DNA of 64,000 nt from a virus (IMGVR_UViG_3300032288_005778:1-64000), one strand, 5' to 3'. Counted from the first letter of the stretch, positions 36,296-45,470 are shown. The notes: generated from the letters alone by a model not told the origin. Made by a program: numbers and translations.

Positions 36296-36491
36296 AATAA
36301 GATCCCAGAAATACATCTAAAACTTCACCCAACACTTCATCAAAAATTTCCTCTACAGTCGCGCCCTGTTGAAGTTTACGACTCCAATGATCAACGACAG
36401 AATCTAAGTCCTGTGGCAACCAAAGATCAAGGGACGCGAGCCTTTTTCTTAACAAATCCTTTTGCCAATTAAACCAAAAATTGTCAATCAT
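36282..36491 (-). CDS. Hypothetical protein
   Basis: MIDNFWFNWQ..; overlaps the nblA start. Confidence 0.55.
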   Translation of the reverse strand: MIDNFWFNWQKDLLRKRLASLDLWLPQDLDSVVDHWSRKLQQGATVEEIFDEVLGEVLDVFLGSYYEPI

Positions 36492-36568
36492 ATTTAATTC
36501 CCAAACTATTAAACATATTATTGCAAATTTCTGGTAAAATAGCAAGCGAATTTTACACAGGTGTCATC

Positions 36569-37114
36569 ATGAAATACGTTAACTACATTAATGCAATCTC
36601 TAAAGAAATAAGATTTAAACCGCTAAACACAGTTGAAATAAAGATAATTGAATCATTATGTTTGGGCGAAACATACTTGCAGATAGCTACAGAGATAAAC
36701 TACGACCACGGGTATATTGGACAACTAGCCCGCGAGATTTACGGATTGATTGGACAAAAACACAAAGTAAAAATCAAAAGAGATAACTTTGTGGCTGTAT
36801 TAGATTCAGTCATGGGAGGGGAATTAGAGGATGATTTCTATGGCTGCCACGGGATTAATCCTAAAAGTATTTTTAACGCCAATGTTCTTGAATTTAAGCA
36901 AAGCGAGATATTAATTAACGTGACTACTTTTTGGAAATTTGATGCTAAAAATGAGTGCTTAGTTTTAAAGACCAAACATCCAATAATCTTAAAGTTAAGT
37001 GACCTAAAAACCAACTCATTCAACACAATTTTAAATGCAACTAGACAAGAACAAATGTCAGGAGATGCGCTACTGGAATTGTTTAAAATCTTAGATAATT
37101 ATTTCAATAAATAA
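36569..37114 (+). CDS. HTH protein resembling the N-terminal domain of cyanobacterial NB-ARC/NACHT proteins
   Basis: LNTVEIKII..GETYLQIATEINYDHGYI...A.E....G.....KIKRDNF. Confidence 0.55.
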   Translation: MKYVNYINAISKEIRFKPLNTVEIKIIESLCLGETYLQIATEINYDHGYIGQLAREIYGLIGQKHKVKIKRDNFVAVLDSVMGGELEDDFYGCHGINPKSIFNANVLEFKQSEILINVTTFWKFDAKNECLVLKTKHPIILKLSDLKTNSFNTILNATRQEQMSGDALLELFKILDNYFNK

Positions 37115-37169
37115 CTTATTTATTGGTAAAATGATAATGTTTTAAAAAACCTACATCACGGCATTTACT

Positions 37170-37721
37170 ATGAGGATAAGTGAGCTTCCAATAGAGACAT
37201 TACAGATTATTTTGAAAGGGAGAACCTGCGATTTAGTTAATAAACTAAATCTACCAAGACACACAATTGATTACATCAGAAGAACAATTAAGAAGGGGAT
37301 AGCAAGGGTAGATTATTCAAAGCTAGACATAAATGCTACCCCTCAAAAAATAACAAACAAGGTCATTGAGTCTCGACCTTGGAGCAGAGAATCAGATAAT
37401 TTTCTGTTAGAAAAATCAGGCTTAAAAGACTTAAACTACATAGCTCGTTTTCTGAGAAGAAGCCTGGAAGACGTAGAGGCGCGGTTGGAATACTTAATAA
37501 AAATAGAGCAGCAAAAGTATCCAATTGAACGGATACTTGCTAATTATCCCAGTCTATTGCCAGGGCAGATTGAACAGGCTCGAAGCATATACAAATACAG
37601 CCCGGCAGGCGTAGTGGAATACTGCAAGATAGTGAGTGCCTATAAAAATCATCGGACTGAGTTAAACAAAACTTTTTCCAAGGAAGGCTGGGAACAATTA
37701 CGAAAGAAATTACAAAGGTAG
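37170..37721 (+). CDS. Hypothetical protein with a Myb/HTH-like segment
   Basis: RPWSRESDNFL..IARFLRRSLEDVEARL. Confidence 0.6.
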   Translation: MRISELPIETLQIILKGRTCDLVNKLNLPRHTIDYIRRTIKKGIARVDYSKLDINATPQKITNKVIESRPWSRESDNFLLEKSGLKDLNYIARFLRRSLEDVEARLEYLIKIEQQKYPIERILANYPSLLPGQIEQARSIYKYSPAGVVEYCKIVSAYKNHRTELNKTFSKEGWEQLRKKLQR

Positions 37722-37946
37722 TGACGAGTCAAAAGCCTTATCCTGACTAGGTTTTAGCGGTAGTGACGGGGAAAGCTGACCTACATCCCTATATATAGGA
37801 TCATTTTTCTTCCCTGGGGTGTTAGTGGGGTGAATGGGAATGAGTGGGGATGTGGCTCTAAAAATTCTTTCTTTTACGCAATAGGACTTTAGTTCTCCTG
37901 TCACTATCCTTAAAACCCTTACAGAGAGGGACTTTTGACCCGTCAC
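37721..37946. repeat. Stand-alone copy of the primase-associated inverted-repeat element
   Basis: GTGACGAGTCAAAA 37721-37734 / TTTTGACCCGTCAC 37933-37946, central CCTATATATAGG. Confidence 0.65.
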
Positions 37947-38042
37947 AGCTTCTAACATTTGACCTGCCACAGTTGAGTGAAGGATGACTCAAAAATATTT
38001 TTAAGTAAGTTTAGTGTATATATAAATTATTTATTTTCGGTA

Positions 38043-38071
38043 TTGACAGTTGTTTCTTTATGCTTTATTAT
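38043..38071 (+). promoter_or_regulatory. Sigma70-type promoter (duplicated at 38591; variant at 42219-42191 on the - strand)
   Basis: TTGACA-GTTGTTTCTTTATGCTT-TATTAT. Confidence 0.8.
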
Positions 38072-38102
38072 AGAAATATATAACAACAAGGAGACAAAAA
38101 CT

Positions 38103-38519
38103 ATGTTAATTTCAAAAAGTGAAGCATTAAATCTGTATCCCAGTCTAGGAATAGAACTTTCTGATTACGACAAAACAGAATCACAAGTATATAGCTTTGC
38201 AGGACTAACCTCTCACCAAAAACGCGCTGCTGTGTTAGCAGAAAAGAAAAGTGGATGGCACAGAGTTCATGTAATGGAAGTATGTCCAGCATCTCGCCCA
38301 CCCCTGGAATACAATCACACAGTAATGCTAAAGATGTCATTGGAAAAATGGCATCAAAGAGCGCATTACTGGGAAACCGAACACAAAAAAAGTGTGGAAC
38401 TCTTGTCCAAAGAATGGTCGGAGGAAATGAATAGCGGTCGGATGGATAGAGTGTTTGAGCCGCTTTGCACTAACTCGCAGGGATTAATAATTTCCGCCCA
38501 CGACAGCGAGCTTTACTAA
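38103..38519 (+). CDS. Hypothetical early protein
   Basis: AAGGAG RBS then ATG at 38103. Confidence 0.7.
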   Translation: MLISKSEALNLYPSLGIELSDYDKTESQVYSFAGLTSHQKRAAVLAEKKSGWHRVHVMEVCPASRPPLEYNHTVMLKMSLEKWHQRAHYWETEHKKSVELLSKEWSEEMNSGRMDRVFEPLCTNSQGLIISAHDSELY

Positions 38520-38648
38520 TCGTTAAACGAGTAAATCTTTAAGTGATTTACTCGTTTTTTTGTATATATAAAATTATTTTAATTTCAGTATTGACAGTTG
38601 TTTCTTTATGCTTTATTGTAGAAATATAGAACAACAGGGAGGCAACAA

Positions 38649-39197
38649 ATGACTGCTACCACTTCTTTTAAAATCCGCACTGTCAAGCATCAAATTCAAG
38701 CCTGCCTGCGGGCTATTAAGAATGGCTTGCGGTCATTTGTAGATAGACTAATTGTTTTGGAGTCCAGATTAGAAGAATTAACAATGAAGACCCAAGAAAC
38801 AACACGGCAGCCAGAGTCTACAAATTGCGGAAGTGGAGGCTTTGCTAAGTCACAAAAAACACAACAACCAATGAAAGTTCAGATCAAAACCGGATCTGAG
38901 CATCACACAACAAATTGGCGCTCTGCTATGGTTCGTGTCAATGGAAAGCCCATTTACGAAGTTTTGAAACCACTTTCTAAACCAGATTGGGAAATGGTTG
39001 GGAATAGGGGCAATCACGGGAAGTGGTGCGTTGCTGAATACGAATTGCCTGTAGGGGCAATAATTGAGTTTGTTGCAAAGGCAAATTCCCAACAACCAAT
39101 TGAGTTTAAATTCAAAGTTGGACAAGTTTCTTCAATTGATATTGAAGGATATAAATACGGTGGTGATATATGTGGATGGATTGTCACTATTGACTAA
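38649..39197 (+). CDS. Hypothetical early protein
   Basis: GGAGG RBS and promoter; N-terminal module shared with 4985-5410. Confidence 0.75.
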   Translation: MTATTSFKIRTVKHQIQACLRAIKNGLRSFVDRLIVLESRLEELTMKTQETTRQPESTNCGSGGFAKSQKTQQPMKVQIKTGSEHHTTNWRSAMVRVNGKPIYEVLKPLSKPDWEMVGNRGNHGKWCVAEYELPVGAIIEFVAKANSQQPIEFKFKVGQVSSIDIEGYKYGGDICGWIVTID

Positions 39198-39700
39198 TGA
39201 AATACAAAACTTTGATATACAGGGCAGTTCACGCCTACACAAGCTATGCCAGGCTTTCAGCCAAAGAAGCTGACAGGATAGCTTCTCAAAATTACAATGA
39301 CATACCAGATGTCATTGTAACAAACTTAGACAATATAGATATTGCTAATGATGTCTATATGGTAGATGCTTATGAGAACCCAGGAAAAACCTGGAATCAC
39401 AGCAAGAAATCCGATTGGTATACTCATGTACCAACCGGAATTAAAGTAAAAAAAGTAGTCAAAAAGTCCCATGACTACGACAAACCCAACGGAGAAGGGG
39501 TTTGTGAGACGACCCTAACAGTTAAAATCCCATTGCCATCCAGAAGGGGGCAAAACCCCAACTCTCACCACAACAGGGAAAAAACGGGAAATGTCTCCCG
39601 TAGCATCAGATTATCTGTAGAGGATTGGGAACTTTTAGCACTACTGGGAAATGGCAGCCACTCCCAGGGAATCAGGAACATCTTAAATTCCCGTAATTAA
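39197..39700 (+). CDS. Hypothetical protein with a C-terminal RHH-like segment
   Basis: TAATG coupling; SRSIRLSVEDWELL..SQGIR. Confidence 0.7.
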   Translation: MKYKTLIYRAVHAYTSYARLSAKEADRIASQNYNDIPDVIVTNLDNIDIANDVYMVDAYENPGKTWNHSKKSDWYTHVPTGIKVKKVVKKSHDYDKPNGEGVCETTLTVKIPLPSRRGQNPNSHHNREKTGNVSRSIRLSVEDWELLALLGNGSHSQGIRNILNSRN

Positions 39701-39703
39701 TCA

Positions 39704-39732
39704 AAAACCCTGTAATTGACTTACAGGGTTTT
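39704..39732. terminator. Intrinsic terminator
   Basis: AAAACCCTGTAA/TTACAGGGTTTT. Confidence 0.75.
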
Positions 39733-39735
39733 ATT

Positions 39736-39938
39736 TTGTCACTATTCAATCGTGCCGTTGACAAGTTTTTAACGAGAATGCGTTGTTTCAGCCGCGCCTC
39801 TAGCAGTGTCAATCATGCCAGATGATGATTCTATCGTTATCAATCGTGCCGTTTGTTCCTGGGGATTTTAAGAAGGGCAGCGTGAATCTATCGCTGTACA
39901 AGGGTTTTAGGCAGTGACAAGTGAACGGTACGATTGAA
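39736..39938. repeat. Direct and inverted TCAATCGTGCCGTT repeats
   Basis: Copies at 39746, 39809 (partial) and 39840; inverted copy at 39924-39938. Confidence 0.7.
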
Positions 39939-40070
39939 TCATGAAATCAAAAGTGCCTGTTTTTGGGGTTTTCGGGTTCTTATTCCCATAAAAAACGCAA
40001 TCGCTCAACGGAAAAGCGATCGCGTTAAAGGTGTTTTCAGAAGGTACTACTATGCTATTGTAGCACAGCC

Positions 40071-40736
40071 TCATGGCTTAAAAATTAATGTTGATACTGA
40101 ATGGTTTTTTCCTAATCTAATATCAAAAACAGCGTCGTAACATTGACGACCACTGTTCATGAGAGGTTTTCCGTTCTTAAACTGCGGAACGCCATTAATT
40201 ATTTTTTGGCACTTACTCATGGGAATACCTTCCTTGAGGTAATCCACTCTATCCGCGATCGGATAGATGTGATGAATATGTGCGTCCAAAGCATCCCACA
40301 CTTTTGACTTTTCCTGAGAGCAATTCCAATCCAATGGCATTAGAAACAAGAGACGAGAATTGGGGCTATCATTGAGTAGTCGCAAAGATTTTGCAACTGC
40401 TTCAACGCACAAAGAAAAAGGTGGGTTGGTGATGATAAGGTCGCATCCCCATATAGAAACATCATTGAAAAAGCAGCCATTAACCCATGTAGCAAATGGG
40501 GCATTATTTATTCCTTGTAAAAATCGGGAATACTTGATTTCCACACACTCTACCGAGCGATCGCTCGGTAGGTATTTAGCTATTTGTCCAGAACCAGCAA
40601 AGGGTTCTAGTATCAGCCTGTCTGTGGGTAAGACCAGTCTAGACATGGCGACGGCAAGCCAGATAGGTGTTTCGTAGTCATCTTTTGTGAAGTCATCTGT
40701 GGTGACTTGTTCTTCAAAAAGCGCTAGTTGGTTCAC
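40071..40736 (-). CDS. Amino (N6-adenine/N4-cytosine) DNA methyltransferase
   Basis: DDYETP, LEPFAGSG, IITNPPF. Confidence 0.85.
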   Translation of the reverse strand: MNQLALFEEQVTTDDFTKDDYETPIWLAVAMSRLVLPTDRLILEPFAGSGQIAKYLPSDRSVECVEIKYSRFLQGINNAPFATWVNGCFFNDVSIWGCDLIITNPPFSLCVEAVAKSLRLLNDSPNSRLLFLMPLDWNCSQEKSKVWDALDAHIHHIYPIADRVDYLKEGIPMSKCQKIINGVPQFKNGKPLMNSGRQCYDAVFDIRLGKNHSVSTLIFKP

Positions 40737-40744
40737 GTGGTAAG

Positions 40745-41065
40745 CTACTCCTCTATAATTGCTAAAATACGCCGTACCTGATCCGGCGTGAGTAAATCTA
40801 ATCTTCTAAATGCAATCTCAAACTTTTTAAGGTTTTCTTTGTGTTTTAAATAGTCATTGAATAATTCTTGCGAATTAAACAGCATGCCACTGTATTCCTG
40901 GACGACAATAGGAAAGTCCCCCTCTATCTTGACTTTTATCAGGTCATATCCAACACGGACATAAAAGTATGTCCGTCCTATTTTTTCTATAATACCTTGA
41001 GAAATCTTACCTCTTGTTTTGTTGTAAGAGGTGTCCAAAAAGATCAAACTGTTACCGACTTCCAT
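40745..41065 (-). CDS. Hypothetical protein
   Basis: IEKIGRTYFYV beta-barrel-like pattern. Confidence 0.6.
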   Translation of the reverse strand: MEVGNSLIFLDTSYNKTRGKISQGIIEKIGRTYFYVRVGYDLIKVKIEGDFPIVVQEYSGMLFNSQELFNDYLKHKENLKKFEIAFRRLDLLTPDQVRRILAIIEE

Positions 41066-41138
41066 GCCTACTTTAAAAAAACTGAATTTTAAACTTTACA
41101 GACTGCATAAACAGTCTGTAATCAAACTTTGATGCAGG

Positions 41139-41540
41139 TTATGCTTGTTTTTCAGAATAATAAATAGCAGCAGCTATTACAATTATTTTTCCAAAGATTA
41201 GTCGTTCAGAGCGCTCTAAATCTTTGGGAATTTTTATTCCCAAAAGCAGGTTAATGCCTGGGCGGTACACACTCCACAAAACCTTTTGCAGCAAGCTTGT
41301 CTTTTCTGCTGACAGCAAATCAAATGTGGTCTCCCAGTCCAAATTTATGTCTTTTAAGCTTTTGTTGAAAAAACTTTCTTGCGGATTTACTCTTGCGAGT
41401 ATAGGCAATATTTTGTTCTCTGCAATACTCAAGACAAAGCTTGATGTTGCTTTGCTTTTGTTGCATTCTTGGAGAATGCAACGGACCGTTGCCTTGTCTT
41501 GTTCTGGTAGTTGGTTATAAATTGCTGTCAACGTTACCAT
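41139..41540 (-). CDS. Hypothetical protein
   Basis: 133-aa ORF co-oriented with its neighbours. Confidence 0.6.
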   Translation of the reverse strand: MVTLTAIYNQLPEQDKATVRCILQECNKSKATSSFVLSIAENKILPILARVNPQESFFNKSLKDINLDWETTFDLLSAEKTSLLQKVLWSVYRPGINLLLGIKIPKDLERSERLIFGKIIVIAAAIYYSEKQA

Positions 41541-41577
41541 ATAAAATACCCTTCATAGGTTTAATACTTTACAAGAG

Positions 41578-41609
41578 TTACTTGCGGATCATGAGAGATC
41601 CGCAAGTAA
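41578..41609 (-). terminator. Hairpin terminator
   Basis: TTACTTGCGGATC/GATCCGCAAGTAA. Confidence 0.65.
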
Positions 41610-41611
41610 AG

Positions 41612-41839
41612 TTAAAATACATCAACTACGGGATTACCGTAGCCCCAGCGGGCATTCCAGGAAAGCCCTGACCAAGTGGTGATACGGGTAATTTTCCCGC
41701 TCTCTACTGTAATACTTGCCTGCTCTGTGGGAACTTCGCCAAAGTGAAATTCATCATTCTTGGGAAAATCAGCACCCAGTAAAGTGCGAAGTGCTGAAGC
41801 ACTCTTCCAATTAGCAATAATAAATTCTTTAACGTCCAT
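41612..41839 (-). CDS. Hypothetical protein downstream of hammerhead 1
   Basis: AGGAG RBS, ATG at 41839. Confidence 0.7.
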   Translation of the reverse strand: MDVKEFIIANWKSASALRTLLGADFPKNDEFHFGEVPTEQASITVESGKITRITTWSGLSWNARWGYGNPVVDVF

Positions 41840-41863
41840 GTCTGTCTCCTGTGGGGTGTAAAT

Positions 41864-41920
41864 TTGGCTTCCCACTACTTGGTAGTTTCGTCCGGTAGCC
41901 AGCCGGACTCGTCAGGTGGG
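41864..41920 (-). ncRNA. Hammerhead ribozyme, type I (short stem III)
   Basis: CCCAC-CUGACGA-GUCCGG(CUGGCUA)CCGGAC-GAAA-CU(ACCA)AG-UA-GUGGG; loop II UGGCU can pair with 3' AGCCA. Confidence 0.85.
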
Positions 41921-41922
41921 GA

Positions 41923-42159
41923 TTAAAAGTGTTTAACACCCCTTCTTCTTCTGACTTTTTCTATGTCACTGTAGAAAAAGTCCTTGGCATCAAAACTAAC
42001 ACGATTACTGCGGGCAAAAGCCGCAGCTTTAATCGGACAATTAAAGAAGTGAAAAGAACACTGGTGTTCTTTATTTGCGTCAAGGTACTCAACTTGTACT
42101 TCCCAAAACTTCTGTTCTGGGGCTTTGCTTAAATAATCTGGTCTTTGTAGAGCTTTCAT
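41923..42159 (-). CDS. 78-aa hypothetical protein between the two hammerheads
   Basis: GGAG RBS and its own TTGACA promoter. Confidence 0.7.
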   Translation of the reverse strand: MKALQRPDYLSKAPEQKFWEVQVEYLDANKEHQCSFHFFNCPIKAAAFARSNRVSFDAKDFFYSDIEKVRRRRGVKHF

Positions 42160-42275
42160 GTTGCTTGTCTCCCTGTTCTTTGATATTTCTATCTTATTCT
42201 ATAAAGAAACAATTGTCAATACTGAAATTAAAATTATTTTATTTGACAAGTGTTTTTATTATAGTGGGTGTAAAT

Positions 42276-42339
42276 TTGGCTTCCCACTACTACCAGGGCG
42301 GTAGTTTCGTCCGGTAGCCAGCCGGACTCATCAGGCGGG
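42276..42339 (-). ncRNA. Hammerhead ribozyme, type I
   Basis: CCCGC-CUGAUGA-GUCCGG(CUGGCUA)CCGGAC-GAAA-CUACC(GCCCU)GGUAG-UA-GUGGG; full consensus core plus pseudoknot. Confidence 0.93.
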
Positions 42340-42340
42340 G

Positions 42341-43585
42341 TTAAGCGGCTTGCAACCACTTTTCAAAAGATTTAATAGGGCGGTTGGCAGTCTCCTGAGT
42401 CTTTTTATAAGCCTCATAAGCTTCTTCTATCGCTCGTTTTTCGGCGAATTTTTTACTCGCTTCTTCTTGAAAGAAGCTTATCCGTGCCATGACAGCATCT
42501 CTATCAAAACCGATGGACACTGAAGTCCTGACTCTATTGGATAAACCGTGTGTCCGGTCGTCAAGGTGTTCCCACACCGTGCCGTCCCTTTCGCTCCAGT
42601 TGAATGAAACGACCATATCATCGCCAACCCAAAAGCGGTTTAAAAATTTGTTATAAACCTCTTTCCGAAACCATTCTGGTTCAGGTATAGCCAACTTGGC
42701 AGCTTCTTCAGATGCTATTTTTGCCAGTCTATCTTGCTCCCAACGAGCGCGGATAGACTCTATCTTGAACACCAACTCAGCAAATGTAATCTTCTCACGT
42801 TTACAATATTCGTACACATACCCTTGCATCAATGCAAGGATTTGTTCTTCAGTGTTAATTTGAAGAAGATTAAGCTTTTCGCTGCACCACAGAGTACGCC
42901 CATCTGCATGGGCGTACTCCCAGACGGTATAGTAGGTTTTATCTGAGTAGATGTCCCCTGAAAAACTTAGGGACTGATTGTAAGTTGATTTAGTTCTTTC
43001 CTTTCCCGTGGGAACAAAGGTTTCCCCCCAGTATTTTCTGGGGAGGTCATGGCAGTAGATGTCTACTGCTGACTCCAAAGATTTTTGGTTAAACATAGCG
43101 CACGGTGCAGCGCTATGATGATATTTATGCCAGTCGTTCAAGCAGGTCAACGCTGACCGAACTTCTTTCAATAGAGGATCAATTTTTTGCTTTTCCTGGA
43201 CTTTATCCCAGGAAACACATTCGTGTAACCTATCAGAATCGCTATCAATATCGCCATAGATAGCGACTTCTAAGTCGTACCAATCCAAATCTTCTGGATT
43301 TAGGCTGGTGGTAATAACAGCCTTTAGTCCAGAGGTGTTTAGCACTCCATTTAATTCATCTGCTAATTTTTTTTGAATTTCAGGGTGAAGTTCACTTACA
43401 TTTATTTTAAACATTATTTTTGTCTCCTGTTTTTGCTGTACCTGTTTTGTCTGTTCCTGTTGCTCAATCTGAGCATCAATACTGATTAACTCATCTACCC
43501 AGCGGTAGATGTTTTGTTGTCCCCTCCCGACGCGGGAGATCAAGTTTACTAGCACCTGTCTTCTGTTTACCAAGTCCATGTCCAT
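42341..43585 (-). CDS. 414-aa hypothetical early protein
   Basis: GGAGG RBS; promoter TTGACA-17-CATAAT at 43646. Confidence 0.8.
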   Translation of the reverse strand: MDMDLVNRRQVLVNLISRVGRGQQNIYRWVDELISIDAQIEQQEQTKQVQQKQETKIMFKINVSELHPEIQKKLADELNGVLNTSGLKAVITTSLNPEDLDWYDLEVAIYGDIDSDSDRLHECVSWDKVQEKQKIDPLLKEVRSALTCLNDWHKYHHSAAPCAMFNQKSLESAVDIYCHDLPRKYWGETFVPTGKERTKSTYNQSLSFSGDIYSDKTYYTVWEYAHADGRTLWCSEKLNLLQINTEEQILALMQGYVYEYCKREKITFAELVFKIESIRARWEQDRLAKIASEEAAKLAIPEPEWFRKEVYNKFLNRFWVGDDMVVSFNWSERDGTVWEHLDDRTHGLSNRVRTSVSIGFDRDAVMARISFFQEEASKKFAEKRAIEEAYEAYKKTQETANRPIKSFEKWLQAA

Positions 43586-43642
43586 AACCCTCCCGCGTCG
43601 TCTGTTTCTATATTTCCATTATGTATGGATAGAATTATTTTG

Positions 43643-43849
43643 TCAAGTCTTTTCTGAAACTTTTTTTTCGCTTTCCAGAAAAGCAGCCATACCCCTTGCT
43701 ACATCTGGGTTTCGGACGAGTCTCTCAATTAGCTCACCAAAGGCTATACATAAATGATCAGCGTAGCACTGATATACACATTTAGCTGTTGGAGTAAGCC
43801 TAAGCGTAAGTTTTGCCTTGTTTTTAGCGTAGTCTGATTGTCGTGCCAT
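43643..43849 (-). CDS. Small RHH-like protein (paralog of 51392-51613)
   Basis: LTLRLTPTAK..ELIERLVRNPDV. Confidence 0.65.
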   Translation of the reverse strand: MARQSDYAKNKAKLTLRLTPTAKCVYQCYADHLCIAFGELIERLVRNPDVARGMAAFLESEKKVSEKT

Positions 43850-43857
43850 AGTCTTCC

Positions 43858-44220
43858 TTAATTGTTGGTGTCTGTCAATTCTATCATTACATCTTGCTTA
43901 CTGCTCAAATATTCAACATACTTAGCAGTTATTAGAGAGATTAATCGTTGCTGCTCTATGGGTGGTAGTCCCAAGACCACACCTAAAACATCTTCTGCTG
44001 TTTTGGGTTTTGCCTTGCCTAAGCCCAAATATTGATCCAACTCAAAACCAGGACGGCAGCCCAAAGCTAAACACAACTCTATGTATTTCTCTAATCCTGG
44101 AGATACCTTACCTGACTGCCATTCACTAAGCGTGCCTTGAGACACGCCAGATAACTTTGCGGCTTTATTTGTGCTTTGAGCGCGTTTGCATATACTAGTA
44201 ATCAATGCGCCTAAGTTCAT
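43858..44220 (-). CDS. XRE-family HTH regulator
   Basis: AAKLSGVSQGTLSEWQSGKVSP. Confidence 0.85.
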   Translation of the reverse strand: MNLGALITSICKRAQSTNKAAKLSGVSQGTLSEWQSGKVSPGLEKYIELCLALGCRPGFELDQYLGLGKAKPKTAEDVLGVVLGLPPIEQQRLISLITAKYVEYLSSKQDVMIELTDTNN

Positions 44221-44828
44221 AACAACCTGATGTAGAAATCATCCCCACTGGCAATATCTATGAAGTTGTAGATATCCAGTACGCTACCAGTATTGTCCTC
44301 AAAGAGTTCAGTATCAGCGATCGCCTCTAAGGTATTGAAACTAGGAATAACCCGACCACTTTCAATAGTCCAGATGGTTCTAGAAATCAAGGAAAAATCT
44401 TGAGAAGAACACATATCTGCTAATACTTGCTTAGTTATTCCCTTCTTTTCCCTAGTGGATTTAATTAATCCCCCTAACCTGTACAACCCGTCCTTGACCC
44501 ATCTTTTTCTTTGCTTAGATACAGGGAATTCAACGTAGGGTGTTTGGCTAATAATATCTATGCACTCATAAATGCCTAAGAGCTTACCTGAATCATCACG
44601 AAGTAAACCTGATGCTGCTATAGCTTCTATTAGGTTATACGCAGGACAAGTTTTCCCCTGTTCCATTTGCTTTAGCGCAGTGTAATTAACCGCAAAAAAC
44701 TTGTCAGAACATATCTGCGAGAAGTACCGCAGACTCATTTTTGCATCCTGGCGAGAACGTTTGACCATTACTCCCAGTTTAGCCATTCCCTCTTTTGTCC
44801 ATTTTTTTCTGTATCCTGTTCTGTTCAT
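44217..44828 (-). CDS. Tandem double-XRE repressor
   Basis: Two homologous halves W...G...LG..K..R..E.G...P.....AIA. Confidence 0.8.
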   Translation of the reverse strand: MNRTGYRKKWTKEGMAKLGVMVKRSRQDAKMSLRYFSQICSDKFFAVNYTALKQMEQGKTCPAYNLIEAIAASGLLRDDSGKLLGIYECIDIISQTPYVEFPVSKQRKRWVKDGLYRLGGLIKSTREKKGITKQVLADMCSSQDFSLISRTIWTIESGRVIPSFNTLEAIADTELFEDNTGSVLDIYNFIDIASGDDFYIRLL

Positions 44829-44849
44829 ATTTTTTTACCGTTCACATAT

Positions 44850-44925
44850 TCACACAAAATATCATAAATTTTTGTAATTCTCTTGTGTATCATGAGATAT
44901 TATGGTATTATGATATTGTGATACA
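44850..44925. promoter_or_regulatory. Candidate operator region of a divergent switch
   Basis: AATATCATAA / TTATGATATT inverted pair between divergent XRE and RHH genes. Confidence 0.45.
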
Positions 44926-44938
44926 CGAATAAGGAGAA

Positions 44939-45130
44939 ATGAATTTAACAAGAATCAAAGCTAGAGACAAACAACAGATTAGGATTGACCCTAAATTGCA
45001 CCAAAGAATTAAGATTTTAGCCGCAGAACATCACACTGAAATAGGTTTATTAGCTGAACAATTAATTCTTTTAGGCATAGAAAGCTTGAAAGATGAAAGT
45101 ACAAGACATGATCAAAAATCATCGCGGTAG
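44939..45130 (+). CDS. Arc/RHH-like (Cro-position) regulator
   Basis: QIRIDPKLHQRIKILAAE; AAGGAG RBS. Confidence 0.75.
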   Translation: MNLTRIKARDKQQIRIDPKLHQRIKILAAEHHTEIGLLAEQLILLGIESLKDESTRHDQKSSR

Positions 45131-45470
45131 TGGTCGTTTAGAAGCTTATGCAGTGGCTTTCTCAAAAGAAGTTAGTCAATGGTTTCAGGTTGGTTTAAAG
45201 TTCCTTGAGAGCGATCGCACTATAGTCAAGATTGATTATCTTGATTCAGCGGTAGAGCCAACAATAGAGTTTGATTGTCAAGAGTTACTTGAAGAATATC
45301 CATTGTCTGTTACCAGCAATAACTACAACGGAAAAACCATTATTATTCAATTTCCGTATATATGGATTGTAAAGCCAAGTGATTTAATTTTTTGGAGTAG
45401 TGAAGTGGGAAAAAAAGATGCTCAATTCATATTAAGAAAAACAGGTCGCATTAAGTCAGTATCTAACTAA
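45093..45470 (+). CDS. Hypothetical protein
   Basis: Member of a packed rightward operon. Confidence 0.6.
   Translation: MKVQDMIKNHRGSGRLEAYAVAFSKEVSQWFQVGLKFLESDRTIVKIDYLDSAVEPTIEFDCQELLEEYPLSVTSNNYNGKTIIIQFPYIWIVKPSDLIFWSSEVGKKDAQFILRKTGRIKSVSN

Noticed and set aside
37710-37970. 86-aa ORF as a real protein
   Set aside because: It coincides with the inverted-repeat element, and its similarity to the primase tail is better explained at the DNA level
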